From: Octopus vulgaris
Taxonomy: Eukaryota
NCBI GenBank assembly: GCA_951406725.2
Contig: OX597815.1
Location: 137,702,001-137,766,000, forward strand
Direction of reading: 5' to 3'
DNA length: 64,000 nt
The notes beneath the pieces are model-generated. The model made no database searches and was not told the DNA's origin. It was given only the letters and a program-made list of their open reading frames with translations. The translations under genes were made by a program, and so were the position numbers. The first letter of the stretch is position 1. Every line of letters begins with the position of its first letter. Positions 26,135-39,036 of this stretch are shown in pieces.

Positions 26135-26690
26135 TCCCTTGATCACATCCCTTATGCCATTGAATGCCTTCCATCCGGCCCTTACTCTCTGTGAGATCTC
26201 CTTTTTGATATCCCGGCACATATTTACTTCCTGTCCCAGGTAGACATATTCTCTCACCTCCTCTATTTCATCACTGCCGATCACCATTCGACCTGTTGGT
26301 ACATTGTCTGACGGCATGAACTTTGTTTTCATGCGGTTCATCTTGAGACCTGCTGCAAAACTTTTGATGCCGAGCTCAGTCAGCATGGTCTGAAGCTGAT
26401 CTATGTTTTCAGTGATGAGTACGATGTCGTCAGCGAAACGGAGGTGAGTGAGGAGCTCGCCATTGATGTTGACACTACCTTGCCATTTGATGCCTCTGAT
26501 GATCTGTTCGAGACATGCAGTGATAAGTTTTGGGGAGATTGTATCTCCTTGCTTCACTCCCTTCTCGACTGGCACTCGTATGGGTGATGACAGTAGAGTT
26601 ATGTCGGTGGTGCATCCAGAATTTGCTTCTCTGAGCAGCTGCACATATTGCGCTTCGATTCCTTGCCTCTGCAGCGAGTTCAGCACTGCG
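26135..26690 (-). mobile_element. RT fragment of a second RTE-type LINE family
   Basis: KGVKQGDTISPKL, THLRFADDIVL, YVYLGQ; its left end abuts an LTR fragment (26061-26135) similar to 48702-48776. Confidence 0.85.
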
Positions 26691-26711
26691 TTATATATAT
26701 ATATAAGTAAG

Positions 26712-26744
<33 letters not shown>

Positions 26745-26748
<4 letters not shown>

Positions 26749-27023
26749 ATAAACCCAAACTCGAATATCAAAGTTTAAAAGGTTTTAATCGACTAAAAAT
26801 ACAGCAATATACAATACAATACAAAGATTGCTAAAATTGTAAGCAAAACCAAACTTCAACGCAATAACATTTTTATGCAGCAAGTTGCTACATTCTCAAC
26901 TGACTAAAATCAATGCTGAACATGTCGTCTGCAAACAGAACAGAAATCTGTGCAGTCGCACTGCAGGCATATAACAGCAATCGAGACAATCAAAATCACA
27001 TGATCAAAATTAAAATCACAACA
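26745..27023 (-). repeat. 3' LTR of the Gypsy element
   Basis: TGTTATA...CACAACA termini; highly similar to 31790-32064. Confidence 0.93.
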
Positions 27024-27709
27024 TTTTCCCCCCTAAAGAAAAAAAAAGAACAATTAACCAACAAAATGCAAAATACAAACATATCCATGAGTCAATCACA
27101 ATGACGTAATAGTGAGGCCTTTCATAAGCATAACACGTCATCAATCATAAATTTAACCTATCAGGAACTTTTTTTGTTCCGGATGAATGCCAGTGTAAAA
27201 TAGTTTGAGGTTCTGGTTCTTGAACTGATGTAGGTAGGACAGAATCGATCATGGTATCTGAAAAACCACTACGGTGTTCATGCACTTGAGTAGGATCAGT
27301 GTCAGCAACATAAGTTTGACCCTTACTTAACTCAATCGTTTTGCCAGTAGGGGCTAAATCTCTAATGGACACAGTACTTTCACGTCCATCTGGGTACTGT
27401 ACTCTCCCGTGGTTAGGGTTAATTTGTACCAATTGGGCTTCATCTACTAACGGATCATACTTATTGCGTACATGTCGTTTAACAAACACTTTGTCAGGTT
27501 CTTGCATTAACCAAGTAGGAACGGAAACACCACACATAGAACGTCTGGGAAATTTAAAGAATCTCTCATGCAGGATTTCATTAGTTGCCATGCATAATAA
27601 TGAACGTTGCGAATGTAAAACTTCTGGAACCACGACTTCCCATTTAGAAACTGTTAAATTTCTGCTACGTAAGGCCAATTTAATGGAATTCCATATTACT
27701 CCATTATAC

Positions 27710-28733
27710 TGTTGTGAGTTCAATTTAGGGACAGTTGATTGCGACCTACTTTTGGGATAAACCGATTGTTCTGTCGGATTCATGAAGGAGTAATGAGCTT
27801 TTAGGGGACCTTTGGCCTTGTGCCGGTCAAGGAAAGTTCAAGGAAACCCCTTATAAAGCAAAGAGATGTGAGTCTGTGAGTCAGTCGAGGACAGAGCAAG
27901 TGAGTAACAGGTTGTTTCTGCTGTGCAGGATGAAAGGCAGTTGGCAGTTGGGATTCATCAAGTTAGCAGTGGTTGTTCTGCTGTGACGGTAACTGGAACA
28001 GGAAGATAGTCAGATGGGATTACGGCTTGAGGTGGCGACAGCGTAGGGAAAGACAGACAGATAGTATTAAACAGCCAATAGAGAGGACTACGGTGTGAGG
28101 CATTGGCTGTTGTACGGTATGTGTTGATTATTGAGTTGTGTTACTTATGTAAAAGAATTGAACAATGTGAATTGAGTAAAGGACTTGTTGATGTGTCATA
28201 GAGAACAATGTGAATTGTATTGATACGTGTTACAAAAAAAAAGAAGGAAAAAAGACAAGAAAAGAACTCTGAACTGTATCGTTAATGTGTACGTTAATTG
28301 AACTGTTGTGACTTGAACATTGTATAATGTATTGATTTGTTGTTTTCTTTAAATGCTGTTGTTTTATTGTATCAGCGTGTATTGTTGCTTTGATTTGTAA
28401 CGTGAATTATTTGTCTATGAACACTGTATATTGCATCTGCATGCTGTTGATTCTGTTGCCTGTATTTACTTTGATGTACCTGATGTATCACATTGTATTT
28501 GTTGTAATATTTGTATAAACTGTAGTTAAATGTAGCCGATTGCCTCTGTGTGTCTCTCCCTGCCGCTGTTTGTTGTTGTTGTTCTCTCCGGAGGTGGTTG
28601 CCGGTCGCTGCTGCCATCCCCACCGAGTTCTCTCTGTGTGGCGAACTTTCCCGATCGATCGAGCCTGGTCAATCGTCGTCGCTCGACTTGTTAGGATCCC
28701 GGGTTCGAGTTCGAGCGACGGCAGGTCGTAACA
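27710..28733. mobile_element. Solo LTR nested in the Gypsy integrase
   Basis: TGTTGTGA...TCGTAACA termini with 4-bp TSD ATAC (27706-27709, 28734-28737); removing it restores integrase NAQCKRY|NGVIW. Confidence 0.88.
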
Positions 28734-30340
28734 ATACCTTTTACATTGAGCATTTCCACGAGGATTGCACAGAGTAGAATGAGTAATCGTCATACCCCTA
28801 TCATACAGAAATTGCTTAAGTTCTTTGGATACAAAAACATTTAGCATTATCACTATGAATAACAACAGAAAATCCGAAAAGATTAAACAAAACCTTCAAA
28901 TTACTAATAACGGAATGAGCACTAGTATCAGTACATGGAAAAATAAACGTAAAACGTGAATACTCATCCACAACAGTTAAAAAATAATGCTTCTTTGACA
29001 CTGAAGGTAATGGTCCTTTCAAACCAACACTCAATCTTTCAAAAGCTTGAGTAGATTTAATTACTGACGAAACAGAGGTTTTAGTAAAGCGAGGCTTCAC
29101 CTCACAACATATTACACAATTGTTAGTTATATGCTTTACATCATCTACGGAGTAAGGTAAATTCTTAACTTTAATATAATGAAACAATCGTTAATCCAAA
29201 GATGACACAGCGCTGCATGAATACGATTACAGTTCATTATCAGTCGTAGCTGCGCAATAAGTACGCGATAAAGTAACAGATGCAACATTAAATTTGCTTT
29301 GGCGGTATATGATATCAAATTTATACTGGGCTAGTTCGATTCGCCAACGCATTATCTTTTCGTTTTTAGGTTTACTGCACTTTTGACAATTAAACATAAA
29401 AGCCAAGAAAGTGAGACCATTTTCTCACAGATTCTACAATCGCTGTCGCCTCTTTTTCAATACAAGAATAACGACTCTCATTTGGGTTGAGAGTTCTTGA
29501 AAAAAATGCAACTGGCTTTCCGTTTTGATGTAAAACGCAAGATATACCTACCTCCAATGCATCTGTTTCTATTGAGAAAGGAAGGCTTTCATCAACCACT
29601 TTTAAGGTAGCGTTTGCTAAATCATCTCGTAAAGTTTTTAAACTTGACAAGGCTAGTTCACTCAAAGGAAAATATTTAGTATTAACCAACGGTTTTATCT
29701 TGTCAGAGAATTTGGGAATCCATTTAGAATAATACGCAAATAGACAAACAATTCAACTCAATGCTTTGTGGGTACTAGGAATAGGTAGTTCTAGTAAGGG
29801 TTTTACCCAGTCAGGGTCAGGTTTCAAGTTACTATTTTGAATTTCATAGCCAAGCAATCGAATCTGTGTAGTGCTGTAAATGCATTTGCTTTCATTAAAA
29901 GTTAAATTACAGTCCTTAATAACTTGAAGAAAATGTTTTAAATTTCAATCATGTTCTTCCTTCGATTTACCACATACAGTTATGTTGTCGATATATGCAA
30001 AAGTAGCTCTACAATTATGGCTTTCGATTATATTATCGATCACTCTCTGGAAACAGGGCACTGCATTTGTTAGTCCGAAAGCAGTACGTTTGCTTTGATA
30101 TAATTTTCACTGCATTTTGAAAGTCATATAAGGTTGATCTTCAACTGGAATCTCAACTTGATGATACGCACTTTTGAGATCTAGTGTGCTAAAATAATTA
30201 AATTGAGCTATTTTTGTGACTATGTCATGCATATTTGGCAGTGGATATCCACCTAATTGCGTAAACTTATTTACAGTCTCACTGTAATCAATACACAGTC
30301 TCTTGCGATGATTTTCTCCTGATATTACCAATACCTGGGC

Positions 30341-31546
30341 TCACCAAGGAGAAACAGTGGGTTCAATTACCCCTTCTGCCAGATCTCGGCTTATAGTATC
30401 AGCAATAAATTTTTGATTATTGGCGGACTGTCTTCTCAATTTCGTAACTATGGGTTTACAGTCAGAGTTTAAATTTTCAAACAACCTCAGTGTAATGTCA
30501 CTTTTAATGCACTTTAGAGCTCCCAAATGTAATGGGGGGGGGGGCTTATCGCCGTCAAAGGTAATTTGTACATGTTGATGCTGTTTTAAGAAATTTTGTC
30601 CTAAAATTATATCTACAAGCGAATTATCAAGTACCACCAGCTTTACTTGATCGTAAATTCTTCCATGAAGTTCAATTAAACTTATGCAATAACTGTCGCT
30701 TTGGGAACGATTCCCATTGACAGTCATGTTAATTTTATTCCTTTCAGACTTCACCACCAATTTGTTTTTCTTTGCAAAGTCTTTGCTAATATGATTCATA
30801 GTAGAGCCGGTATCAATCAAAGCAAATGCTTTCACGCCATCAACTGTTATTTTATAATTAACTTTAGTAGTAGCTCCACCTTGACATAAAGCCCTGGCGA
30901 AGTTGCCATCATCAAGAGCTGCTGATCTCTTATCAAAATTTTTACAGTTACTTGACCGGCATTCTTTAGCAAAATGACCAAAATATCCACATTTGTAAGA
31001 CTTGCTCCGCCTAGCAGGACACTTAAACCTCGGATGAAATTCATTAGATCTGCAAAAGGTACAGGACTTTTGAGTTCGTTTTGTCGCTGCACAAGCTGGG
31101 TTTCCGTCAGGAATTGAGATTTTATCTTCTTCGCGTGGAATAAACGTTGACAAACAGCTTCCCTGGCTGTTTATAACAGACTGACTGCTATTATACACTT
31201 CGGAATTCTTTTGAGCAACTTCCAGCGTACGGGCTTGGTTAAATATTGCTTCTAAAGTTATCGCCGCATCTTGAATATTTTCTAAAAGTCTAAGGCGAGT
31301 TGAAGATGATGTTAATCCCGAGATAAATGCGTCACGAACAGCTTCATTTTTGCGAGTTTCAGCGTCCACGGCTCTGTACCCGCAATCTTTAGCTAGTCGT
31401 TTCAATTTCTGTAAATAGTCGTCAATTGATTGGCCTGGTTCTTGTTTGGATGTCATTAAAAGGTGTCTCGCAAAAATAATGTTCAACGGTTTCACGTACA
31501 GCCTCTGCAGAGTTTGAATTTGCTTCTGATTAATTCTCACATTCAC
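30341..31546 (-). pseudogene. Gypsy gag-protease segment
   Basis: KQEPGQSIDDYL, CTFC..H.RFKCPAR, KCGYFGHFAKEC, ALIDTGS. Confidence 0.9.
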
Positions 31547-31789
31547 TTATGAGTTCGTAAACGTCTTTATCTACGTGCGCTATTAAACACCTAAGTTTGC
31601 TTTCATCCGTGATAGGCGGTTCAGCAAGAAATGATTCTAAAAAAATTTTTGAAGTTCTGAACCAATATTTCCATTCTTTCGAAGCTTGACTCGAACTTGG
31701 ATCAGCAGTGAACAAATTTGGTTTTATAAATTTGCTGTCCATTCTCAATCCCTCTCTCTCTCTCTCTAGCTATATTTAGTCGATTAAAT

Positions 31790-32062
31790 TGTTATAAACC
31801 CAAACTCGAATATCATAGTTTAAAAGGTTTTAATCGACTAAAAATACAGCAATATAAAATACAATACAAAGATTGCTAAAATTGTAAGCAAGACCAAATT
31901 TCAACGCAATAACATTTTTATGCAGCGAGTTGCTACGTTCTCGACTGACTAAAATCAACGCTGAACATGTCGTCTGCAAACAGAACAGAACTCTGCGCAG
32001 TCGCACTGCAGGCATATAACAGCAATCGAGACAAAATCACGTAATCAAAATTAAAATCACAT

Positions 32063-32064
<2 letters not shown>
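31790..32064 (-). repeat. 5' LTR of the Gypsy element
   Basis: Direct repeat of 26745-27023, just upstream of the gag start (~31748). Confidence 0.93.
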
Positions 32065-32119
<55 letters not shown>

Positions 32120-33281
32120 CAACTAGCTCAACTAGCTCTACAAAGATTTTAACGTCCCAATAAATAATAAATGAAAAATATGACGCTGATTGTCTGCTGG
32201 TATCTGTGTGTGTGTGTGTGTGCGTGCATGTTACTGTATGAGACTGTGTGTGCGCACGCATAACTATAATGAGACTGCGTGCGCGCGAACCAGTAGGACA
32301 CTGTGTGAACGCGCGCGCGTACCAGTAGGACATTGTGTGAACGCGCGCGCGAGGGCGTAACTGTATGAGACTGCGTGTGTGTGCGCGTAACTGTGTGTAT
32401 GGGTGTGTGTGAGAAACAATAACTGAATGTGTATGTTGGTGTCTGTACGCTTAACATACAGACTGCATGTGGAACGTCTGCTGATATGAGTATGTGTGAA
32501 TTGATATATGTAAGTTTGTGTAAAAATATAAGACTATAATAAGTAGATTTATTGCCTTCAGAGTGTTTACAGTTTTACAAAATTAAATTAGAAAATTGGA
32601 TAAAACAGAGGACACAATTGAAAAAATTAAAAGAAAAAAAAAAGAAACCCATAATTCACCACCTTAGGTTGAAAAGATGGGCCGCTGGGAAACCTCTCTA
32701 ATGGCTATTGAGGAACGCCAGCATGCTTGTAACGTTGCCGCGGGTTGTCTGCTGATATCTGTGCATGTGTGAGTGTTTACATATATATGCATGTGTGTAT
32801 GTATAAAACGAATAGACTGTATGTGTACGTAACAACATGTTACTGTGTAGGTTCGTGTGACAATAGGAGGTTATGCAATTGTCAGCTGGTATTTGCTGGC
32901 GCGTAGCTTAGACGTTAGGGTATTCGGCTCGCGATCGAGAGCTCGAAAACCAGCGGCGTGTTGTTACACAGTACTCCTCCAGTCCACTCAGCTGGCAAAA
33001 GTGAGTTGTACTTGTAATTCACAAGAGCCAGCCTTGTGTATATATATATATTCCTTGGGTCTGGCCAGATTGGAGCAATCTCAAGATTAATCAGCCGAAA
33101 TTGCGAGGATGATCCGGTTCTTGACTGAAGATAAAAGTCTTCGAATGACCCGTCCGTTTTTGTTTTTTTTGTTTTGTTTTTTGTATCGTCTATCTGAATA
33201 TTTTGTTGTCCCCTTTTGTATCACCTAGTTGTCCGGATGTTTTGCGTTCTTGTCCCATTTTGTATTTTATATATATATATA

Positions 33282-34303
33282 TCTATATATATAAAACTGT
33301 AGTTGTGTGAGTGTCTGTCTCCTACGATTTAGATTCCTAACTCCTCCCACATTTTGCGGTGCAGTTTAACCAAATTCGGGTATCTTATAGTCGTGATTAA
33401 TATCGAGCCCGTCTGGCTATTAGCGCGCGTCTACGATGAGTCTACGATTTAAAAAAATAATTTAACATCATTTTTTATTCCATTTTAATGCATAATTTTT
33501 CATGTGTCGATGGCGGCGGAGTTGGCATCCATGCTCAAACACCTGCACCTGTGTTTGCTTCTCCCCCTTCTTCTCTCCCTCGTGAAGCTGTGGGGAAGGG
33601 AGTTTAAGGAAATCAACGTCGTAATGCGTTGTCAAGGAGACCAGCGTTCTTTTAGAACAACGACTTCATGGCTTGAAGACACCAAAACAGAAACGGCTAA
33701 GAAAGCCCGAATTGGCATCTATAAGGGAAGTAACTCTCTAAAAATGCTTATATAGTTATTTCCCTTACAAACCCGAGCAACGCCGGGCGATACTGCAAGT
33801 TTATATATATAAAACTGGTGTGAATGTCTGTCCCCTTCGATTTAGATTCCTAACTACTCCCACATTTTGCGGTGCAGTTTAACCAAATTCGGGTATCTTA
33901 TAGTCGTGATTCATATCGAGCCCGTCTGAGTATTAGCGCGCGTCTACGATGAGTCTACGATTTTTAAAATAATTTAACATCATTTTTTATTCCATTTTAA
34001 TGCATAATTTTTCGTGTGTCGATGGCGGCGGAATTGGCGTCCATGGTCACAGCTGCACCTGTTTGCTTCTCCCCCTTCCCTCCCTCGTGAAGCTGTGGGG
34101 AAGGGAGTGTAAAGAAATCAACGTCGTAAAGCGTTGTCAAGGAGACCAGCGTTGTTTTAGAACAACGACTTCTAGGCTTGAAGACACCAAAACAGAAATG
34201 GCTAAGAAAGCCCGAATTGGCATCTATAAGGGGAGTAACTCTCTAAAAATGCTTATATAGTTATTTCCCTTACAAATCCGAGCAACGCCGGGCGATACTG
34301 CTA

Positions 34304-34304
<1 letters not shown>
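33282..34304 (+). mobile_element. Head-to-tail dimer of a ~510-bp non-autonomous Helitron
   Basis: Units 33282-33799 and ~33800-34304; 5' TC; 3' hairpin CCCGAGCAACGCCGGG followed by CTAG (CAAG in unit 1). Confidence 0.85.
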
Positions 34305-34340
<36 letters not shown>

Positions 34341-34397
34341 CATACATACACACATACACACACACAGACAGACAGACAGACAGACAGATAGATAGAC

Positions 34398-34457
<60 letters not shown>
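34305..34457. repeat. Compound microsatellite (TA/CATA/CA/GACA/GATA)
   Basis: Seen directly in the sequence. Confidence 0.95.
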
Positions 34458-34459
<2 letters not shown>

Positions 34460-35323
34460 AGGGGGCGAGAAGAAAAGGAGAGCGAGAGACATTTTTAAAC
34501 TTTAGTAGACATTTTTTTTTTTTAATTCATATGAAATATTAAATTTCTATTCGATCACCCGACCTGCTATAAATATCAATCAAATCAAATAAACCTTCAC
34601 ATCTTGAAAAACAACACAAAAAGCAAACAGCAGGAAAAAATAAATCGACGATCACTGATTATAACGTGTCACTGTCACAGACACTGAAATCCCAACACGA
34701 AAAACAAACTACCGGCCATATGGAGCAAATATAGGTGGAGGGAGTAGTTAACTTCAAATACCATATTGTTACGAAACAGGTCGGTGTCTGTACAGAAGCA
34801 CTAGTTAACTGGAGTAACAATCTCAGTGTATTTACTGTGGAGGAGATGGAATACTTGCGGGGATCGACGAACTGAAATTACTATACCACAAGTTTCTTCG
34901 TGACCTAATAGCAAAAAGGCCACTAACTAGGGGTAATTGAACGCCACAGTTATACTCTTGTACTTGTTTCGGATTGAAATAGCTCCACACCATTGCCTAT
35001 TATTTATTAATACGTGGCCATTGAAAGCACTTCGTTTGATCCCAACGATACAATTTTACACACAAACATTACATATTGCGCTATGCATGAAACATTGAGT
35101 AATATTTTTTTTCTCTCTCTCTCTCATTTACAGGAATTTTGCTGGCGTCGTGATAACATATGTCGTTTATATAAAATGCAGACCTTTTTCTTTGGAGAGT
35201 TTTGCCTGCCGCGCTAGTTTCCCCACCCCTGGTTTAGACCATCCTCGGTTTGGCTGCTGTTTCTAGCTTGTCAGATTTGCCGTCGTAGTGCAAATGCGAC
35301 CTATGTCGCAAATTAGGTATACG

Positions 35324-35721
35324 GGATCTTTTCGGTTTGAACGGCAGTTTTTAACATAATTTCTAGGTAACTAAAAAAATTTTAAACTTCGTATACTGGT
35401 AGAATGTGTTTATAAAACATCTTTTTCTCTTGGCTTTATTGAGAAAATTCTATAAATTGTAAGATATTTGTTGTTTTTTTTCTTCAATTTCTGCAATTTC
35501 AACCAATTAATGACGTCCGTTGAGGTAAAACAAAAACAAAAAAACATTCTGTGCCGTATGAATATGTCCCTCGTTTAAGAAACAGATTGGGTTTATTTAC
35601 ATTTGTGAAGAAAAAAAAGATACCCTTCCCTCTAACCCTAATCCTAAAACAGATTGAAATGCAATAGGGTCATAATTATGACACCGCTAGAAAAAAACTG
35701 CCGTTCAAACCGAAAAGATCC
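35324..35721. mobile_element. Merlin-like MITE
   Basis: TIR GGATCTTTTCGGTTTGAACGGCAGTTTT; 8-bp TSD GGTATACG / GGTATACA. Confidence 0.8.
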
Positions 35722-35938
35722 GGTATACAAATATTGTATAAATTTTATAACTGAAAAATTTACTATATTTTGTATATACAAGTGTACCAAGCCCGCGAGG
35801 TGCAATGAAATATGCTCGTGGGCGAGAGTTTGCCCACCGCTTGTCTAAATCTTCGGTAATTTCCATCGTAATGATTTTTTTTTTTATTTACTTTTATTTT
35901 CATGTCCTGTTGAAGCTGACATTGGCATATCGCCACAT

Positions 35939-36758
35939 TGGCATAGTTTCGGTTGTAGTAGCACAGATTTCCGTCGATTTCCGTAAAAAACTTTTATTTT
36001 TTTACATAAGTAATGAGAGCGAAAGAGACTAAGAGGAAGCGATTTTACGACGAGAAGGTTTCACTTTGAAGTCGGCCTGTGTGTGTTTGATGGGGTGTGG
36101 GAGACAGACAGTATGTTGTGTAAGTGAAGTGCTTCTGTTAGTGTGTGTGAAGAGACAGACATACATATACACATACACCGAGTAAAAAATTACTATGAAT
36201 CGGCCATACATACATACATACACACACACACATACATAGATACATACACACACACACATACATACATACATACATACACACACACATACTTACACACACA
36301 CACATAGATACATACACACACACACATACATGCAGACATACATATACACATACACCGAGTAAAAAATTACGATGAATCGGCCATACATACATACATACAC
36401 ACATACTTACACACACACATACTTACACACACACACATACATAGATACATACACACACACACACATACATGCATACATACATATACACATACACCGAGTA
36501 AAAAATTTCAGTTATCTCTCTCTTTCACACATTACTCTCTCTGTCTCTTCGCACACACTAACAGAAGCACTTCACTTACACAACATACTGTCTGTCTCCC
36601 ACACCCCATCAAACACACACAGGCCGATTTCAAAGAGAAACCTTCTCGTCATAAAATCGCTTCCTCTTAGTCTCTTTCGCTCTCATTACTTATGTAAAAA
36701 AATAAAAGTTTTTTACGGAAATCGACGGAAATCTGAGCTACGACATGCGAAACTTCGC
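35939..36758. mobile_element. Foldback-type non-autonomous element, copy 1
   Basis: Arms of ~220 bp (35939-36160 vs 36540-36758) around an array of a ~33-bp motif spaced by CA/CATA microsatellites. Confidence 0.78.
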
Positions 36759-36779
36759 CAAAAAATACTTTAAATAGAG

Positions 36780-37180
36780 CGGTGGGGAGGGGTGTTTATT
36801 TATTTATTTTACAAATTTTTTTTTTTTTCAGAATCATAATCTCCCTATTTTTCTACGTGTTTCGCGAAAAAAAAAATTTTTTAAGTGAAAATGTAAGAAA
36901 TTGGCGGGGTGTGAGGAGGGGGGGATTTAAATTTTGAAATGCAGAAATCTCCGCCCTCGATATAGTGTGCGCGGAGATTCCGAATCTGCAAAGAAATCCG
37001 CATTTCAAAATTTAACCACCCTCCAATTTCTTAAATTTTCATTTTTTAAAGAAAATTTTTCGCGAAATACGTAGAAAAATACGGAGATTACATGATTCTG
37101 AAAAAAAAAAATTTGTAAAATTTCAATTTTTCAAAAAAAAAAAAAATAAATAAAATAAACACCTCCTCCCCTCTGCCCTA
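36780..37180. repeat. Palindromic MITE-like repeat
   Basis: TTCAGAATCAT..CTACGTGTTTCGCGAAAA mirrors TTTTCGCGAAATACGTAG..ATGATTCTGAA; partial copies at 37970-38110 and 38415-38590. Confidence 0.7.
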
Positions 37181-39036
37181 TGACAAAAGTGAAATTAAAG
37201 TGTTTTCTTTACTGTTTTACGCATGCATAGATGCAAAATGTATGTAAACAGAAAACCAGCGATCTTTCGTTACAAGAACACACGACTGCTAGTTACAAAC
37301 CACGTGAGGTTTATTTACATTTGTGAATATGAAAGTTGATTTCCGTAATTTTTTAAATATTTTTTTACATATTAGGTTGGTGGGAAATAGGATCTTTTGA
37401 AGTCGGCGTGAAAGCTAAAGAGACAGAGTTCTTTTGAAGTTGGCGTGAATCGGAAGACTTGATATGCGTGTGTTTGTGTGTGTGCAAAATTCTGTGTCGC
37501 TGTGTGTATGTGTGCTTGTGCTTGTGAGTGTGTAAAACGAAAATAAAAGAAAGGTTTTAAGTTCCAAACGTCTCTGCATCCAAGGGCTTCCTGATTCATA
37601 CTAACAAGAATTGAATTACGGGCCTGTATTTATATAATACATTTCAAAATAAATTATATAAACGAAAAAAAAAACGTATCTATGAATCTGATCATTAAAT
37701 CGCCAACAGACATAAAAAAATAAACCCAGAGAAAAAATTTGGTAGCAGGAACAAAATTGTAGCACACACACACACTGAACGCCAACTTCAGAAGAACTTC
37801 CCCGATCCAATCGCTCGCTTTTACGCCAACTTGAAAAGATACCCCCCACCCCACATGTATAAAAAAAATAAGAAAAAATTACGGAAAGCGACGATCTTCA
37901 AATATAAACAAAAAAACCTGACATGCTAGAAACGTTTTAAATTCAAATTCTCCTTCCCTATTTCTTCATTTTACACTTATTTTAGAAATATTTTTGGCGA
38001 AATACGTAGAAGAATGATTCTGAAAAAAAAAAAAAAATTGTTTGTAAAATTTTTATTTTTCAAACAAACAAAAAAAAAAAGTTAAACAATCACCACCCTA
38101 TGACAGAAAGAAGAATTTCCCCTCCCCTTTTTTTCTTTGCTAGAGGAGCAAAGAATGAAAACGTGTTTTGGGGGTTTTCAGAATATTGAATTTTCAAGTA
38201 CGTCCCAACCGGAAATCTGACAAGCTAGAAACAGCAGCCAAACCGAGGATTCACTTTCTAAATACGAATTAAAACAGAAAAAAAAATTTTTTTAATGTCA
38301 TTTTGTTGTGTGTGTGTGTGTGTGTGCAAAAAATTTAATTTTTACATACTTCTCTTAATTCCAAAAGACCCTCAACCACAATAAGTTGGGTTATGTTCGT
38401 CATGAAACATTAGTAGAAAAACACTTTAATTTTACTTCTTGTCATTGGGTAGAGGGAAGGGGGTATTTATTTATTTTTTGAAAAATTGAACTTTTACAAA
38501 ATTGTTTTTTTTTCAGAATCATAATCTCCGTATTTTTCTACTTATTTCGCGAACAAAAAAAAAAAAAATAATTTCTAAAAATAATTTTTATTTATTTACT
38601 TTTAATTTTCTTGTCCTATTGAAGGTGACATTTGCTTTGAAGTCGGTGAGGGAGACGAAAAGGAAACGCGCGGGCGCGCACACTTGTACATACATACACA
38701 TAAAACACGCTTGAACAATGTATGTATTTATGTATGTACGTGTATATGAAAGAGAATGAGTGTGTTAGTGCTTGTGCTCGCGAGCGCGTCCAGCTTTATG
38801 TAGTTGTATTCACACACGTACACCCATTATCTTTCACGTTCACTTACATATATACATGCATCGTGCAAGTGTGCGTTTCGGGTGTACGTATGTTTGTTTG
38901 TGTGTGTGTGTGTGTGCGCGCGCACGGGCATGTTCAGCCTTAGGTATTTGTATTCACTCCCATACACACACTATGTCAATGTATGCGTGCGCGCTCGCGC
39001 GTGTTTCACTTTTCGCTGGCCTCTCAACAAATGTCA

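Larger units (their letters stand above)
26745..32064 (-). mobile_element. Full-length degenerate Gypsy/Ty3 LTR retrotransposon (Mag-like gag) inserted in (TA)n
   Basis: Direct LTRs 26745-27023 and 31790-32064; PPT at 27024-27033; gag with two Cys/His knuckles, protease ALIDTGS, RT LCIDYS/STLDLKSAYHQ, RNase H IETDA/EKEA, integrase VVDEYSRF/IHSDN; order PR-RT-RH-IN; several frameshifts. Confidence 0.95.
35241..38250. mobile_element. 3-kb interval bounded by 38-bp perfect inverted repeats (unclassified DNA element with nested inserts)
   Basis: ATCCTCGGTTTGGCTGCTGTTTCTAGCTTGTCAGATTT at 35241-35278; exact reverse complement at 38213-38250. Confidence 0.6.

Noticed and set aside
33075-33150. Possible hammerhead (GCAATC...GAAATTGC, CTGAAGA)
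   Set aside because: Core motifs are in the wrong order and spacing; there is no room for stems I and II.
34690-35000. Unique-looking sequence as an exon or miRNA precursor
   Set aside because: Only short open frames with no recognisable similarity, and no convincing long hairpin.
36160-36510. Repeat-spacer-like array superficially resembling CRISPR
   Set aside because: Spacers are low-complexity microsatellites of irregular length, the context is eukaryotic and there are no cas genes.
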